Assembly (NCBI GenBank): GCA_963751435.1
Contig: CAVVUP010000007.1
Span: 9,380 to 73,379, forward strand
Length of the DNA: 64,000 nt
Source: an uncultured Verrucomicrobiae bacterium
Lineage (GTDB): Bacteria > Verrucomicrobiota > Verrucomicrobiia > Limisphaerales > DSYF01
Reading direction: 5' to 3'
In this document: piece after piece, positions 10,669 through 19,993 of the stretch
Numbering within the stretch: position 1 is the first letter of the stretch
How the letters are laid out: each line of letters begins with the position of its first letter
Notes under the pieces: generated by a model
Seen by the model: the letters and a program-made list of their open reading frames with translations, nothing else
Databases searched by the model: none
Told to the model about the DNA's origin: nothing
Made by a program: the position numbers and the translations under genes

Positions 10669-13600
10669 TCAAGGCTTCTGGAGCCGATAGTAAGTTTGCT
10701 CGTTCGTCAGGAACGTCGAGTTCGTATACCAGTTCGGTCCGTTTGTGCCCGTCTGAACAGATGTCCAGACGATGTTTGTGATGACATCGTTGGTGGCCAA
10801 CACCGGAGTGGATTGCAAGGTCCAGTCGCCATACCACTCGATGACCATGTTGGGACCCTCCAATCGAATCTTGAAGTCGCAAGCCGCCGAGGCAACCACG
10901 GTCACCGTTGCCACGCAGGCATTGGTGTTCCCGTTGACATCCGTCACCGTCACCGTCACCTGGTTCGTCCCCACATCCGCACATGTAAACGTCGTCCGGC
11001 TCAGATTCGTCGCCGCCAGCCCGCAGGCATCACTCGCCGACGCCACCAACTGCGCGGCCGTGATCGCCCCGTTGCCGCCGGCGTCCAGGTCCACCGTGCG
11101 GTCCTGACACGCCACCGCCGGCGCCGTCACGTCCCTCACCACCACCGCCGCCACGCAGGCGTTGCTGTTCCCGTTGACATCCGTCACCGTCACCGTCACC
11201 TGGTTCGTCCCCACATCCGCACACGTAAACGTCGTCCGGCTCAAATTCGTCGCCGCCAGCCCGCAGGCATCACTCGCCGACGCCACCAACTGCGCGGCCG
11301 TGATCGCCCCGTTGCCGCCAGCGTCCAGGTCCACCGTGCGGTCCTGACACGCCACCGCCGGCGCCGTCACGTCCCTCACCACCACCGCCGCCACGCAGGC
11401 GTTGCTGTTCCCGTTGACATCCGTCACCGTCACCGTCACCTGGTTCGTCCCCACATCCGCACATGTAAACGTCGTCCGGCTCAAATTCGTCGCCGCCAGC
11501 CCGCAGGCATCACTCGCCGACGCCACCAACTGCGCGGCCGTGATCGCCCCGTTGCCGCCAGCGTCCAGGTCCACCGTGCGGTCCTGACACGCCACCGCCG
11601 GCGCCGTCACGTCCCTCACCACCACCGCCGCCACGCAGGCGTTGCTGTTCCCGTTGACATCCGTCACCGTCACCGTCACCTGGTTCGTCCCCACATCCGC
11701 ACACGTAAACGTCGTCCGGCTCAAATTCGTCGCCGCCAGCCCGCAGGCATCACTCGCCGACGCCACCAACTGCGCGGCCGTGATCGCCCCGTTGCCGCCA
11801 GCGTCCAGGTCCACCGTGCGGTCCTGACACGCCACCGCCGGCGCCGTCACGTCCCTCACCACCACCGCCGCCACGCAGGCGTTGCTGTTCCCGTTGACAT
11901 CCGTCACCGTCACCGTCACCTGGTTCGTCCCCACATCCGCACATGTAAACGTCGTCCGGCTCAAATTCGTCGCCGCCAGCCCGCAGGCATCACTCGCCGA
12001 CGCCACCAACTGCGCGGCCGTGATCGCCCCGTTGCCGCCGGCGTCCAGGTCCACCGTGCGGTCCTGACACGCCACCGCCGGCGCCGTCACGTCCCTCACC
12101 ACCACCGCCGCCACGCAGGCATTGGTGTTCCCGTTGACATCCGTCACCGTCACCGTCACCTGGTTCGTCCCCACATCCGCACATGTAAACGTCGTCCGGC
12201 TCAAATTCGTCGCCGCCAGCCCGCAGGCATCACTCGCCGACGCCACCAACTGCGCGGCCGTGATCGCCCCGTTGCCGCCAGCGTCCAGGTCCACCGTGCG
12301 GTCCTGACACGCCACCGCCGGCGCCGTCACGTCCCTCACCACCACCGCCGCCACGCAGGCGTTGCTGTTCCCGTTGACATCCGTCACCGTCACCGTCACC
12401 TGGTTCGTCCCCACATCCGCACACGTAAACGTCGTCCGGCTCAAATTCGTCGCCGCCAGCCCGCAGGCATCACTCGCCGACGCCACCAACTGCGCGGCCG
12501 TGATCGCCCCGTTGCCGCCGGCGTCCAGGTCCACTGTGCGGTCCTGACACGCCACCGCCGGCGCCGTCACGTCCCTCACCACCACCGTCGCCATGCAGGC
12601 GTTGGTGTTCCCGTTGCTGTCCGTGACCGTGAGCACCACCGAATTCGTGCCCACATTGCCGCAGTTGAAGGTGGTCTTGCTCAAATTGGTGCTGACGATC
12701 ACGCAATTGTCCGTACTGCCGCTGTCAATCAGGGCGGGTGTGATTGTGGCGTTGCCTGTGGCATCAAGGTCCACGGTGAGGTCCCTGCAACGAGCCACGG
12801 GCGGGATCGTGTCCAAGGTGATCGTGGCGCTGCCGTTGAGTTCATTGGTTTGCGCAACGCAACCATTGACGTCGGTCAAATGGGTGACCGTGTAGGTGGT
12901 CGTCACGGTCGGATTAACCCAGCGCGTGTACGTCTGCGTACCTGGCCCGTTGGTCCCCACCCCGTTGGTCGAAACACCGTCGGACCAATCCACGTTCCAC
13001 GGCCCGATGCCGGTCAACACCACTTGAACAGGGGTCGAGTCGCCCTGGCAGATCATGGTGTCACCACTGACGGTTGCCGTCGGACGCGGGTTGATGGTCA
13101 ATCGCACCGGCGTGCGGTTGGTGCTGACAAAACCGGTGCGCAGGTCCCGCGATTGCGCCCAGTTGGTATAGGTGATCGGCGCGTTGCCGGTCTGCGGCTC
13201 GGTATTCGTCGGGCGATAGCTGAACGTTGCGGAGGCGACCAGGGCCGTTCCGGAGGCGGAGGCAAACCAGTCAACGGTATAAGTGCTGGCCGGATGAGCC
13301 GCGTCGGGAATGACCTGGACGGAGAGCAGCTCGTTGTCCTGAAAATTGCCGGTGGCACAGTTGGTTTTGTCTCCATTACTGACTGGCGAAGGCGGAGGTG
13401 TTCCGCCCAACACAATCGTCCCGTTCTGCCCCACCAGCGCCGCCACGCCGGCCAGGAGGCCCTGGCCCGCCCTGGGAAACACCACACCGTTGAGAGCGGT
13501 GCTTGTGGGACTGGCGGCGGTGGTCCAATGCACCCCATTGGTGCTGGTAAGCACCACGCCCCCGTCTCCGACGGCCATGAATAGTTGATACAGATCGGAA

Positions 13601-14370
13601 TAGGCGACCCCACGGAGCGTGGCCGAGGTTGGCACGCTGGGGGCAGTGTTCCAGGTGGTCCATGGACTGCCTGTTGAATAAAGGATGGTGCCCCCGGCCC
13701 CGACGACCACGATCAACTGAGTCCCATCCGAGGCGATTCCGAGCAGGTCGGGAGCGTTGATGTCCAACGCGCGGTTCAGGGCGAAGGTGGCTGCACCATC
13801 CGTGGAGACACGAATGTTGCCGTAGATGCCACAGAGGGCAAAACCGTTCGAGCCAAACGAGGTGATGTCCCGATAGGATTCCAGGATGTTGGCCTGGTAT
13901 TGGGACGCGGTCCAACTGGCGTCGAGATCCGTTGTCCAATAGGTCTGGACGAAGGAGTCCGGCGCCACGAACCGGCCTGCGCCAAAGGCTAATCCCTCGA
14001 CGTCAGCCTGGAGGGTGTTCGCGTCGTTGCGACTCATCCAGTCGTTGATGCCACTGACGGAACTGAAGACCCTGGCATCCTGTCCTGCGGCCACGAACCT
14101 GCCGTTTCCGTAAGTGACGGCCTTGAGGCGCAGACCGGAGGCGGGAAACGCGCTGGAAGCCCAGGACATGGGGTTGTTGGTGAAGACAGCCCTGGCCACC
14201 GTGGACCCCAACCCCACCGCCACGAGTGTGTTTGTGCCATCGTAGGTGACTCGATTCAATTGACCGGCGACCGGGGGGGGCACATTGGTGAACTGCAGTG
14301 CCGCTGATCCGCTGGAGACCGTCCCAAGCGCGATGCAGGTGAACAGGATAGTTTTGACATTCATAGCCAT
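10669..14370 (-). CDS. Large secreted adhesin-like protein: signal peptide, BNR/beta-propeller, Ig-like domain, 8 HYR-like repeats, C-terminal YYRL domain
   Basis: Signal MNVKTILFTCIALGTVSSGSAA; repeated VAVG..G.V..S..G..W blades; 80-aa Cys-containing repeats; C-term W...LQS...L...W...YYRL. Confidence 0.85.
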   Translation of the reverse strand: MAMNVKTILFTCIALGTVSSGSAALQFTNVPPPVAGQLNRVTYDGTNTLVAVGLGSTVARAVFTNNPMSWASSAFPASGLRLKAVTYGNGRFVAAGQDARVFSSVSGINDWMSRNDANTLQADVEGLAFGAGRFVAPDSFVQTYWTTDLDASWTASQYQANILESYRDITSFGSNGFALCGIYGNIRVSTDGAATFALNRALDINAPDLLGIASDGTQLIVVVGAGGTILYSTGSPWTTWNTAPSVPTSATLRGVAYSDLYQLFMAVGDGGVVLTSTNGVHWTTAASPTSTALNGVVFPRAGQGLLAGVAALVGQNGTIVLGGTPPPSPVSNGDKTNCATGNFQDNELLSVQVIPDAAHPASTYTVDWFASASGTALVASATFSYRPTNTEPQTGNAPITYTNWAQSRDLRTGFVSTNRTPVRLTINPRPTATVSGDTMICQGDSTPVQVVLTGIGPWNVDWSDGVSTNGVGTNGPGTQTYTRWVNPTVTTTYTVTHLTDVNGCVAQTNELNGSATITLDTIPPVARCRDLTVDLDATGNATITPALIDSGSTDNCVIVSTNLSKTTFNCGNVGTNSVVLTVTDSNGNTNACMATVVVRDVTAPAVACQDRTVDLDAGGNGAITAAQLVASASDACGLAATNLSRTTFTCADVGTNQVTVTVTDVNGNSNACVAAVVVRDVTAPAVACQDRTVDLDAGGNGAITAAQLVASASDACGLAATNLSRTTFTCADVGTNQVTVTVTDVNGNTNACVAAVVVRDVTAPAVACQDRTVDLDAGGNGAITAAQLVASASDACGLAATNLSRTTFTCADVGTNQVTVTVTDVNGNSNACVAAVVVRDVTAPAVACQDRTVDLDAGGNGAITAAQLVASASDACGLAATNLSRTTFTCADVGTNQVTVTVTDVNGNSNACVAAVVVRDVTAPAVACQDRTVDLDAGGNGAITAAQLVASASDACGLAATNLSRTTFTCADVGTNQVTVTVTDVNGNSNACVAAVVVRDVTAPAVACQDRTVDLDAGGNGAITAAQLVASASDACGLAATNLSRTTFTCADVGTNQVTVTVTDVNGNSNACVAAVVVRDVTAPAVACQDRTVDLDAGGNGAITAAQLVASASDACGLAATNLSRTTFTCADVGTNQVTVTVTDVNGNTNACVATVTVVASAACDFKIRLEGPNMVIEWYGDWTLQSTPVLATNDVITNIVWTSVQTGTNGPNWYTNSTFLTNEQTYYRLQKP
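10894..12813. repeat. Tandem array of 240 bp units (7 near-identical + 1 diverged)
   Basis: gtcctgacacgccaccgccg recurs at 11101, 11341, 11581, 11821, 12061, 12301, 12541; diverged unit 12574-12813. Confidence 0.97.
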
Positions 14371-14385
14371 GCCTCCAAGTGCGGT

Positions 14386-15603
14386 CTAAAAGGAGTATCG
14401 AGCCCCCACTTTCACATAAGGTCCCCAGAGCAACTCGCCGGGGCTCTCCCCAATGTCCGAGTAATCCACAACAGAGTATCTCATCGCCACCCCGCCATCC
14501 CCGAAGAGCCGGAACAAGCCTGACTTGCCCAGGCCGTATTCAAAACGCAGCGTGGCCCGGCCAAGGCCGCCGTAAACCACTGTATCAAACTCCGCAGGGG
14601 TCCAAGGGATGTTGCCGGCCGGTTTGAGCAGCTTCTCGATGCTTTCCTGCGAACGACTGCCGAAGAAGCCCTCGCCCTCGAACTGCAACCCCAGTCGCGC
14701 GCGCCGGGTTGTGAAAAGGGAATACAACACACCGAACCCCAGGTTGCCTTGAATCTCGTCCGTCTGGTTGTCCTGCTGATACACGCCCAATTGCGGCAGC
14801 GTGGTCACAAGAGTCATGTCCGACTGGATAAACGTGGCGCCGACGCGCAGGTAGGCGGAGAGCCGCTTGCCGCGCAGTTGGGGAAATGCGTAACGGACGT
14901 ACGCCTGGAACCAATCGTCCCCGATTTCAAATTCCCCCTGCTGGGTGGGGGCAATCTCTTCAAGATCCACCGTTCCGCTGGAATTGCCGTTGGCATAGGC
15001 AAGATCCAGATACCACGCTTGCCCATACGAGTAGGACAGGGTCGCCCCCAGGTAGCTCGAATTGCGGTCGGGAGTCAGAACCGTGGGGACAATGGAGGCC
15101 GATCCGGACGGCAGCACCTGACCCAGGGAGGCCCCCAGCGGGATGGTGGTGTTGCCCTGCCCAATCAGAAAGTCCACAGAAGCGCCCACTTCATGCTTGG
15201 TCACCTTGACGTCCTTGATGTCCGGCGGGGCAGACCCAAGGTCAACCAAGGCATTCGTCCCCGTCATCGGTTGGGCCACGGGTGACTCCTGCGGCGCCGG
15301 AGTGGACTTCTCCGTTTGGGTCTCAGGCCACAACCCCTTTTCGGCTGCTTCCGGCCAGGGGGCATTGGTATCCACCCAGACCGCCGATTCCCCATATTGC
15401 TTCACCCATTCCGGGGGAGGTTTCGAGCTCTGGGCGCTTTGCGCCGAACGCCCCACCATGAGCAGCGTCAGCGCGAAGCAACCAACGAACGGGACGCACC
15501 GCAAAACCGTCGCTATGCGGGTGATTCCTTGAAGTGAGTGATTCGAGTTCACAGATGGTTTGGGCTGCAAAGGCCGGACGCCCAGATGGGTCTGATTGTT
15601 CAT
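14386..15603 (-). CDS. Putative outer-membrane beta-barrel protein
   Basis: Hydrophobic signal-like segment, Pro-rich linker, amphipathic beta strands, terminal VKVGARYSF (C-terminal Phe beta-signal). Confidence 0.75.
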   Translation of the reverse strand: MNNQTHLGVRPLQPKPSVNSNHSLQGITRIATVLRCVPFVGCFALTLLMVGRSAQSAQSSKPPPEWVKQYGESAVWVDTNAPWPEAAEKGLWPETQTEKSTPAPQESPVAQPMTGTNALVDLGSAPPDIKDVKVTKHEVGASVDFLIGQGNTTIPLGASLGQVLPSGSASIVPTVLTPDRNSSYLGATLSYSYGQAWYLDLAYANGNSSGTVDLEEIAPTQQGEFEIGDDWFQAYVRYAFPQLRGKRLSAYLRVGATFIQSDMTLVTTLPQLGVYQQDNQTDEIQGNLGFGVLYSLFTTRRARLGLQFEGEGFFGSRSQESIEKLLKPAGNIPWTPAEFDTVVYGGLGRATLRFEYGLGKSGLFRLFGDGGVAMRYSVVDYSDIGESPGELLWGPYVKVGARYSF

Positions 15604-15720
15604 CGCGCGTTTCTCCCTTCTCCCGATCCACGGAAGAGTTTGGTTTCTTGCTAACGGACAGCTCGCACCTCAGCTACACGACACGGAACGGACCGAGTTG
15701 GCTTTTACACTGATTGCCAG

Positions 15721-15750
15721 ACTTAAAAACAAAATGTGAAACTTTGTCAA
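15721..15750 (-). promoter_or_regulatory. Putative sigma70 promoter for the barrel-adhesin pair
   Basis: Perfect TTGACA (minus strand, 15750-15745) followed by an AT-rich tract with only a weak -10; AT island in GC-rich DNA. Confidence 0.45.
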
Positions 15751-15897
15751 CCTGTTTTTCTTTAGGGATTTCCGGCGAGGACAAGGATCCCCCGTGGCGC
15801 CAGTGGTCACTCGGCTGTGACGCCTACCGCGACCCGGCAGGGGAAAACCTTCGAGCGGCCCTGCCCGATCCCGTGTTTTAAGCCCTTCCCCGGCGAT

Positions 15898-18800
15898 TCA
15901 GGGCCAAAGTTCAACACTCTTGTACAGTTTATCGAGTGTAACCTCGCGGTCGTCCAGTTTGAGGTTGTTGAGATTCTCATACTCTCGACGCAGCGACTTG
16001 AGATCATTGAAAAATTGTCTCTTGTTCGGATTGTCTTCCCCCCCGCTGCCGAGTTGCGTCATCCGCGGGACTGTCTTCCATTCCCTCCTCTGAAGTCCCT
16101 TCGGAATCTTCACATTGAATTGATTGCAAAGCGTCCTGAGTTTGTTGTCGGCAGTCTCAAGTCTTTGGGCAATTCCACTTTGGTACTTCGCATCCTCCTC
16201 TTTCGCCCACGTCACCAGTTGGACAAAAGGAGCCTTGGACGCGGCTTGTTGACTCAAACTGCCGGCTTTCTTCAGGAGTTCGCTCCAATTGGTTTGCCTC
16301 CGGCACTCCTCCAATGCGCTCAGTTGCCCTGCCTCCGCCACCGCCTCCTTCCCGAGCTTCTGATACGGGTCCTTCCGGCCATAGCCCAACCCCGCCAGCT
16401 CATTGGTCCATGCGTAGTCCGCCTTGTCCAACCGCTCCTGGAACCCCTGGAGCACCCGCTGCTCCTCCATGGCCTGCACCTTCAACTGCTCAAAGGCGCT
16501 GACACCAGCGTATCGCGCACAGATCGCCAAGGCCTGCCCATACAGGCCCTGCGTGAAATCGTTCCGGGCCTCAGTCAAAGACGCTGCCTCCTCGATCTTG
16601 CCCCGCGCATCCAACTTGAGCTTGTTTGCCGCCGCATCGTTCGGCTTGAGTTTCAACGCCTCATCAGCCTTGTCCACCGTCTCCTGCCATTGCCCCCGGC
16701 TGTAGGCCGTCCTCCCGGTCTCCATCGCGTCCTGATACTTCTTCTCATTGGCCGCCAGCAGCTCTGCGTCCTTCAGCTTGCCCTGCGCATCTGACTTGAG
16801 CTTGCCGGCCGCCGCATCGTTCGGCTTGAGCTTCAACGCCTCATCGGCTTTGTCCACCGTCTCCTGCCATTGCCCCCGGCTGTAGGCCGTCATCCCGGCC
16901 TCCATCGCGTCCTGATACTTCTTCTCATTGGCCGCCAGCAGCTCTGCGTCCTTCAGCTTGCCCTGCGCATCTGATTTGAGCTTGCCGGCCGCCGCATCCC
17001 CTGGCTTGTACTTCAACGCCTCATCCGCCTTCGTCACCGCCACCGTCCACTGCTGCGCCGCGAACGCCTCCTGGCCTGCCTTCAATGCCGCCGCGTAGTT
17101 CTGCTCAGCCCCAAGCCGGGCCTGCGCGTCGGCCTTGAGCTTGTTTGCTGCCGCATCCCCTGGCTTGTGCTTCAGCGCCTCATCCGCCTTCGTCACCGCC
17201 ACCGTCCACTGCTGCGCCGCGAACGCCTCCTGGCCTGCCTTCAATGCCGCCGCGTAGTTCTGCTCGGCCCCAAGCCGGGCCTGCGCGTCGGCCTTGAGCT
17301 TGTTTGCTGCCGCATCCCCTGGCTTGTGCTTCAGCGCCTCATCCGCCTTCGTCACCGCCACCGTCCACTGCTGCGCCGCGAACGCCTCCTGGCCTGCCTT
17401 CAATGCCGCCGCGTAGTTCTGCTCGGCCCCAAGCCGGGCCTGCGCGTCGGCCTTGAGCTTGTTTGCTGCCGCATCCCCTGGCTTGTGCTTCAACGCCTCA
17501 TCCGCCTTCGTCACCGCCACCGTCCACTGCTGCGCCGCGAACGCCTCCTGGCCTGCCTTCAATGCCGCCGCGTAGTTCTGCTCAGCCCCAAGCCGGGCCT
17601 GCGCGTCGGCCTTGAGCTTGTTTGCTGCCGCATCCCCTGGCTTGTGCTTCAACGCCTCATCCGCCTTCGTCACCGCCACCGTCCACTGCTGCGCCGCGAA
17701 CGCCTCCTGGCCTGCCTTCAATGCCGCCGCGTAGTTCTGCTCGGCCCCAAGCCGGGCCTGCGCGTCGGCCTTGAGCTTGTTTGCTGCCGCATCCCCTGGC
17801 TTGTGCTTCAACGCCTCATCCGCCTTCGTCACCGCCACCGTCCACTGCTGCGCCGCGAACGCCTCCTGGCCTGCCTTCAATGCCGCCGCGTAGTTCTGCT
17901 CGGCCCCAAGCCGGGCCTGCGCGTCGGCCTTGAGCTTGTTTGCTGCCGCATCCCCTGGCTTGTACTTCAACGCCTCATCCGCCTTGTCCACCGTCTCCTG
18001 CCATTGCCCCCGGCTGTAGGCCGTCCTCCCCGTCTCCATCGCGTCCAGATACTTCTTCTCATTGGCCGCCAGGGTCTGCGAGTCCTTCAGCTTGCCTTGC
18101 GCATCCGCCTTGAGCGTGCCGGCCGCCGCATCGTTCGGTTTGAGCTTCAGCGCCTCATCAGCCTTGTCCACCGCCTCCCGCCATTGTCCCTTGCTGTAGG
18201 CCGTCCTCCCGGTCTCCATCGCCACCCGATATTCCTGCTCTGCTAACTGCCTGCTCTCGGTCTTGGCCTTTTGGATCTTCCCAAGCACGCTCTTGACGCC
18301 CATGAAGCCGCCCCCCGCGATCAAGACGATCGCTGCAATCGCGGCAACGATGAGCGGCAGCTTGCTGGCCTTTCGGGGCGGGAACTGGGCCGCCAACGAT
18401 TCCAGACTGAGCGTGTCCAAGGTGAGGTTTGGGTCGAGCAGTTTCAGGCAGAGCTGGCGCCAAAACTCGCCATCCTTGCCCAGACCGGTCCAGGTGGGCG
18501 AGGTGGTGGTGGGAAGGTTGTAATCGTAGCCGTGTATCAACCGCTGCTCCACCATCTGGAAGATCAGCTCCCCGATGCAACGCAGGTCGTGCAATTCGAG
18601 CGCCTCCGCCAGCATTGCGGCCACGGTCTCACGGTCGGAAGGCGACAGTCTGTTGACCACCGACAGCGAGGCTGGATACGGATCCATCAACTGCAGCGGG
18701 GTCTTGCGCAGGGGGCGCAGGCTGGCACCGGTCAGCAAGATGTTGGACGGACGGAGGCTGCCATGGGAACGGGCGGTTATGCGCTTCAGGGCCAGGCAAC

Positions 18801-19218
18801 CGTTCACCACGCTCGAAATGACATGCCGAAGATCCTCGGAATCCGGTCGATAGGCCCTTTCGATGAGTTTCTTGATGGACCCGCAAGGCGCGTAGTCGGT
18901 GGCAAACCAGGCCCCGCCATCCGTCATCCCGAAGTCATGCACCGGGATCAAGCAGGCTCCACCTGCCGCATGGGCCTGCTTGAGACGCTTGACTCCTTCG
19001 ATGAAGCCCGAGATCGGATCCTCCCCCAGTTCCTCTCCCGATCGCTCAACCGGGTGCGGCGGGCGCTGGGGAATGAAGACCTTGATCGCGTAAACCTGAT
19101 CGGCGCGTCCACCCGACTTTCGCGCCTGCCAAACCTGCGTAACGTGACCGGGCTGTCGGTGCTCGGCCACCTCCTCGATCAGCTTGTAGTCGCCAACATC
19201 GTTGCCTGGTTCAAGCAT
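15898..19218 (-). CDS. PpkA-like Ser/Thr pseudokinase + TM + TPR array
   Basis: YAIK, IPVHDFG, HGSLRPSNILL (HRD Asp replaced by Ser), DPY instead of DFG, no GxGxxG; TM LPLIVAAIAAIVLIAGGGFMGV; 53- and 60-aa TPR-like repeats. Confidence 0.8.
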   Translation of the reverse strand: MLEPGNDVGDYKLIEEVAEHRQPGHVTQVWQARKSGGRADQVYAIKVFIPQRPPHPVERSGEELGEDPISGFIEGVKRLKQAHAAGGACLIPVHDFGMTDGGAWFATDYAPCGSIKKLIERAYRPDSEDLRHVISSVVNGCLALKRITARSHGSLRPSNILLTGASLRPLRKTPLQLMDPYPASLSVVNRLSPSDRETVAAMLAEALELHDLRCIGELIFQMVEQRLIHGYDYNLPTTTSPTWTGLGKDGEFWRQLCLKLLDPNLTLDTLSLESLAAQFPPRKASKLPLIVAAIAAIVLIAGGGFMGVKSVLGKIQKAKTESRQLAEQEYRVAMETGRTAYSKGQWREAVDKADEALKLKPNDAAAGTLKADAQGKLKDSQTLAANEKKYLDAMETGRTAYSRGQWQETVDKADEALKYKPGDAAANKLKADAQARLGAEQNYAAALKAGQEAFAAQQWTVAVTKADEALKHKPGDAAANKLKADAQARLGAEQNYAAALKAGQEAFAAQQWTVAVTKADEALKHKPGDAAANKLKADAQARLGAEQNYAAALKAGQEAFAAQQWTVAVTKADEALKHKPGDAAANKLKADAQARLGAEQNYAAALKAGQEAFAAQQWTVAVTKADEALKHKPGDAAANKLKADAQARLGAEQNYAAALKAGQEAFAAQQWTVAVTKADEALKHKPGDAAANKLKADAQARLGAEQNYAAALKAGQEAFAAQQWTVAVTKADEALKYKPGDAAAGKLKSDAQGKLKDAELLAANEKKYQDAMEAGMTAYSRGQWQETVDKADEALKLKPNDAAAGKLKSDAQGKLKDAELLAANEKKYQDAMETGRTAYSRGQWQETVDKADEALKLKPNDAAANKLKLDARGKIEEAASLTEARNDFTQGLYGQALAICARYAGVSAFEQLKVQAMEEQRVLQGFQERLDKADYAWTNELAGLGYGRKDPYQKLGKEAVAEAGQLSALEECRRQTNWSELLKKAGSLSQQAASKAPFVQLVTWAKEEDAKYQSGIAQRLETADNKLRTLCNQFNVKIPKGLQRREWKTVPRMTQLGSGGEDNPNKRQFFNDLKSLRREYENLNNLKLDDREVTLDKLYKSVELWP
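16271..16981. repeat. Second copy of the ~710 bp TPR module (see 1674-2384)
   Basis: Direct co-linear sequence match. Confidence 0.95.
16990..17985. repeat. Tandem array of 159 bp (53 aa) TPR units, 6 copies
   Basis: ctgctc(a/g)gcccc at 17101, 17260, 17419, 17578, 17737, 17896. Confidence 0.95.
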
Positions 19219-19333
19219 GAAAACACTCGGTGAGGCGGGGTAGAAGGTTCCACTCTTCTTCAGGGAGCTGGCGGACCTCGGGCGACGGAGCGGGACAGCG
19301 ACAGGCCGACGGCTTGCCCTGCGAACGAATGGA

Positions 19334-19840
19334 TTACCTCCGGCGAGTCAGGGGCACAATTTGCGCCTCCCTCACCTCGATCTCGATCGTCTTGCCCTTC
19401 CAATCGCCCAATGGAACAAACAACCGGCGAGGGTCGGCCGGGCCGGGTTGAAAACTCCCTGGCAGGTTCGCGATCAGGAGCAGCTCATTCACGCCTCGAC
19501 TCTTCCATGTCTGCCAGATCTTGTCTTTCCGGTCCAACACCCACGGCTCACCCATCTTCAACTGAACAGTCAACCGGTCCCGTCCATCGACGAGCCCTTT
19601 GCGCAAGCTATCCCCCGGCAACCAATAGTCGTCAATGGATTTCCCCGTGAACATGGATTTCTCGAGCGGGTTCACGCCTACCAGGTCGACCTCGATCGAG
19701 GCGGGCGTGGTCTTGGTGATGCTCACGTTGTAAGGCTTGCCTTTGGGCACTTTGGGCGCACTGCTGCACCCGAAGTTCACAAGACCCACGGCCGCCATGG
19801 TGAGCAGGATAATGGTAAGTTTAGCGATAGACCGGTTCAT
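19334..19840 (-). CDS. tssJ: TssJ-like lipoprotein
   Basis: Lipoprotein signal MNRSIAKLTIILLTMAAVGLVNFG-C; ~168 aa; LLLIANL...RRLFVPL...IEIEV pattern like TssJ; first gene of the T6SS operon. Confidence 0.65.
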   Translation of the reverse strand: MNRSIAKLTIILLTMAAVGLVNFGCSSAPKVPKGKPYNVSITKTTPASIEVDLVGVNPLEKSMFTGKSIDDYWLPGDSLRKGLVDGRDRLTVQLKMGEPWVLDRKDKIWQTWKSRGVNELLLIANLPGSFQPGPADPRRLFVPLGDWKGKTIEIEVREAQIVPLTRRR

Positions 19841-19881
19841 ATGCGTTGGCTGATCAATTAACAAGTATCCTCGGTTCAACT

Positions 19882-19919
19882 ATTTGCCCCCATCCCAGCC
19901 CCAGGGTCAAGGGGCAAAT
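19882..19919. promoter_or_regulatory. Inverted repeat in the divergent intergenic region
   Basis: ATTTGCCCC-N20-GGGGCAAAT. Confidence 0.4.
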
Positions 19920-19993
19920 CGCTTTCAAGGACGCAGCGGGGCCGGGTTTCAATTTTCTTTTCAAACACACATTCCCCGGCAAAATCACGCGAG

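Noticed and set aside
10894-12573. Possible CRISPR-like array
   Set aside because: Contiguous 240 bp in-frame coding units with no unique spacers
10696-13584. 962-aa Arg/His-rich plus-strand ORF and the periodic 61-64 aa ORFs
   Set aside because: Antisense and alternative-frame shadows of the repeat adhesin gene
15604-15897. Riboswitch upstream of the barrel gene
   Set aside because: No recognisable aptamer consensus by eye; an Infernal/Rfam scan would be needed
1674-16981. Diversity-generating retroelement TR/VR pair
   Set aside because: Both copies are coding, differences do not appear adenine-restricted, and no reverse transcriptase is seen
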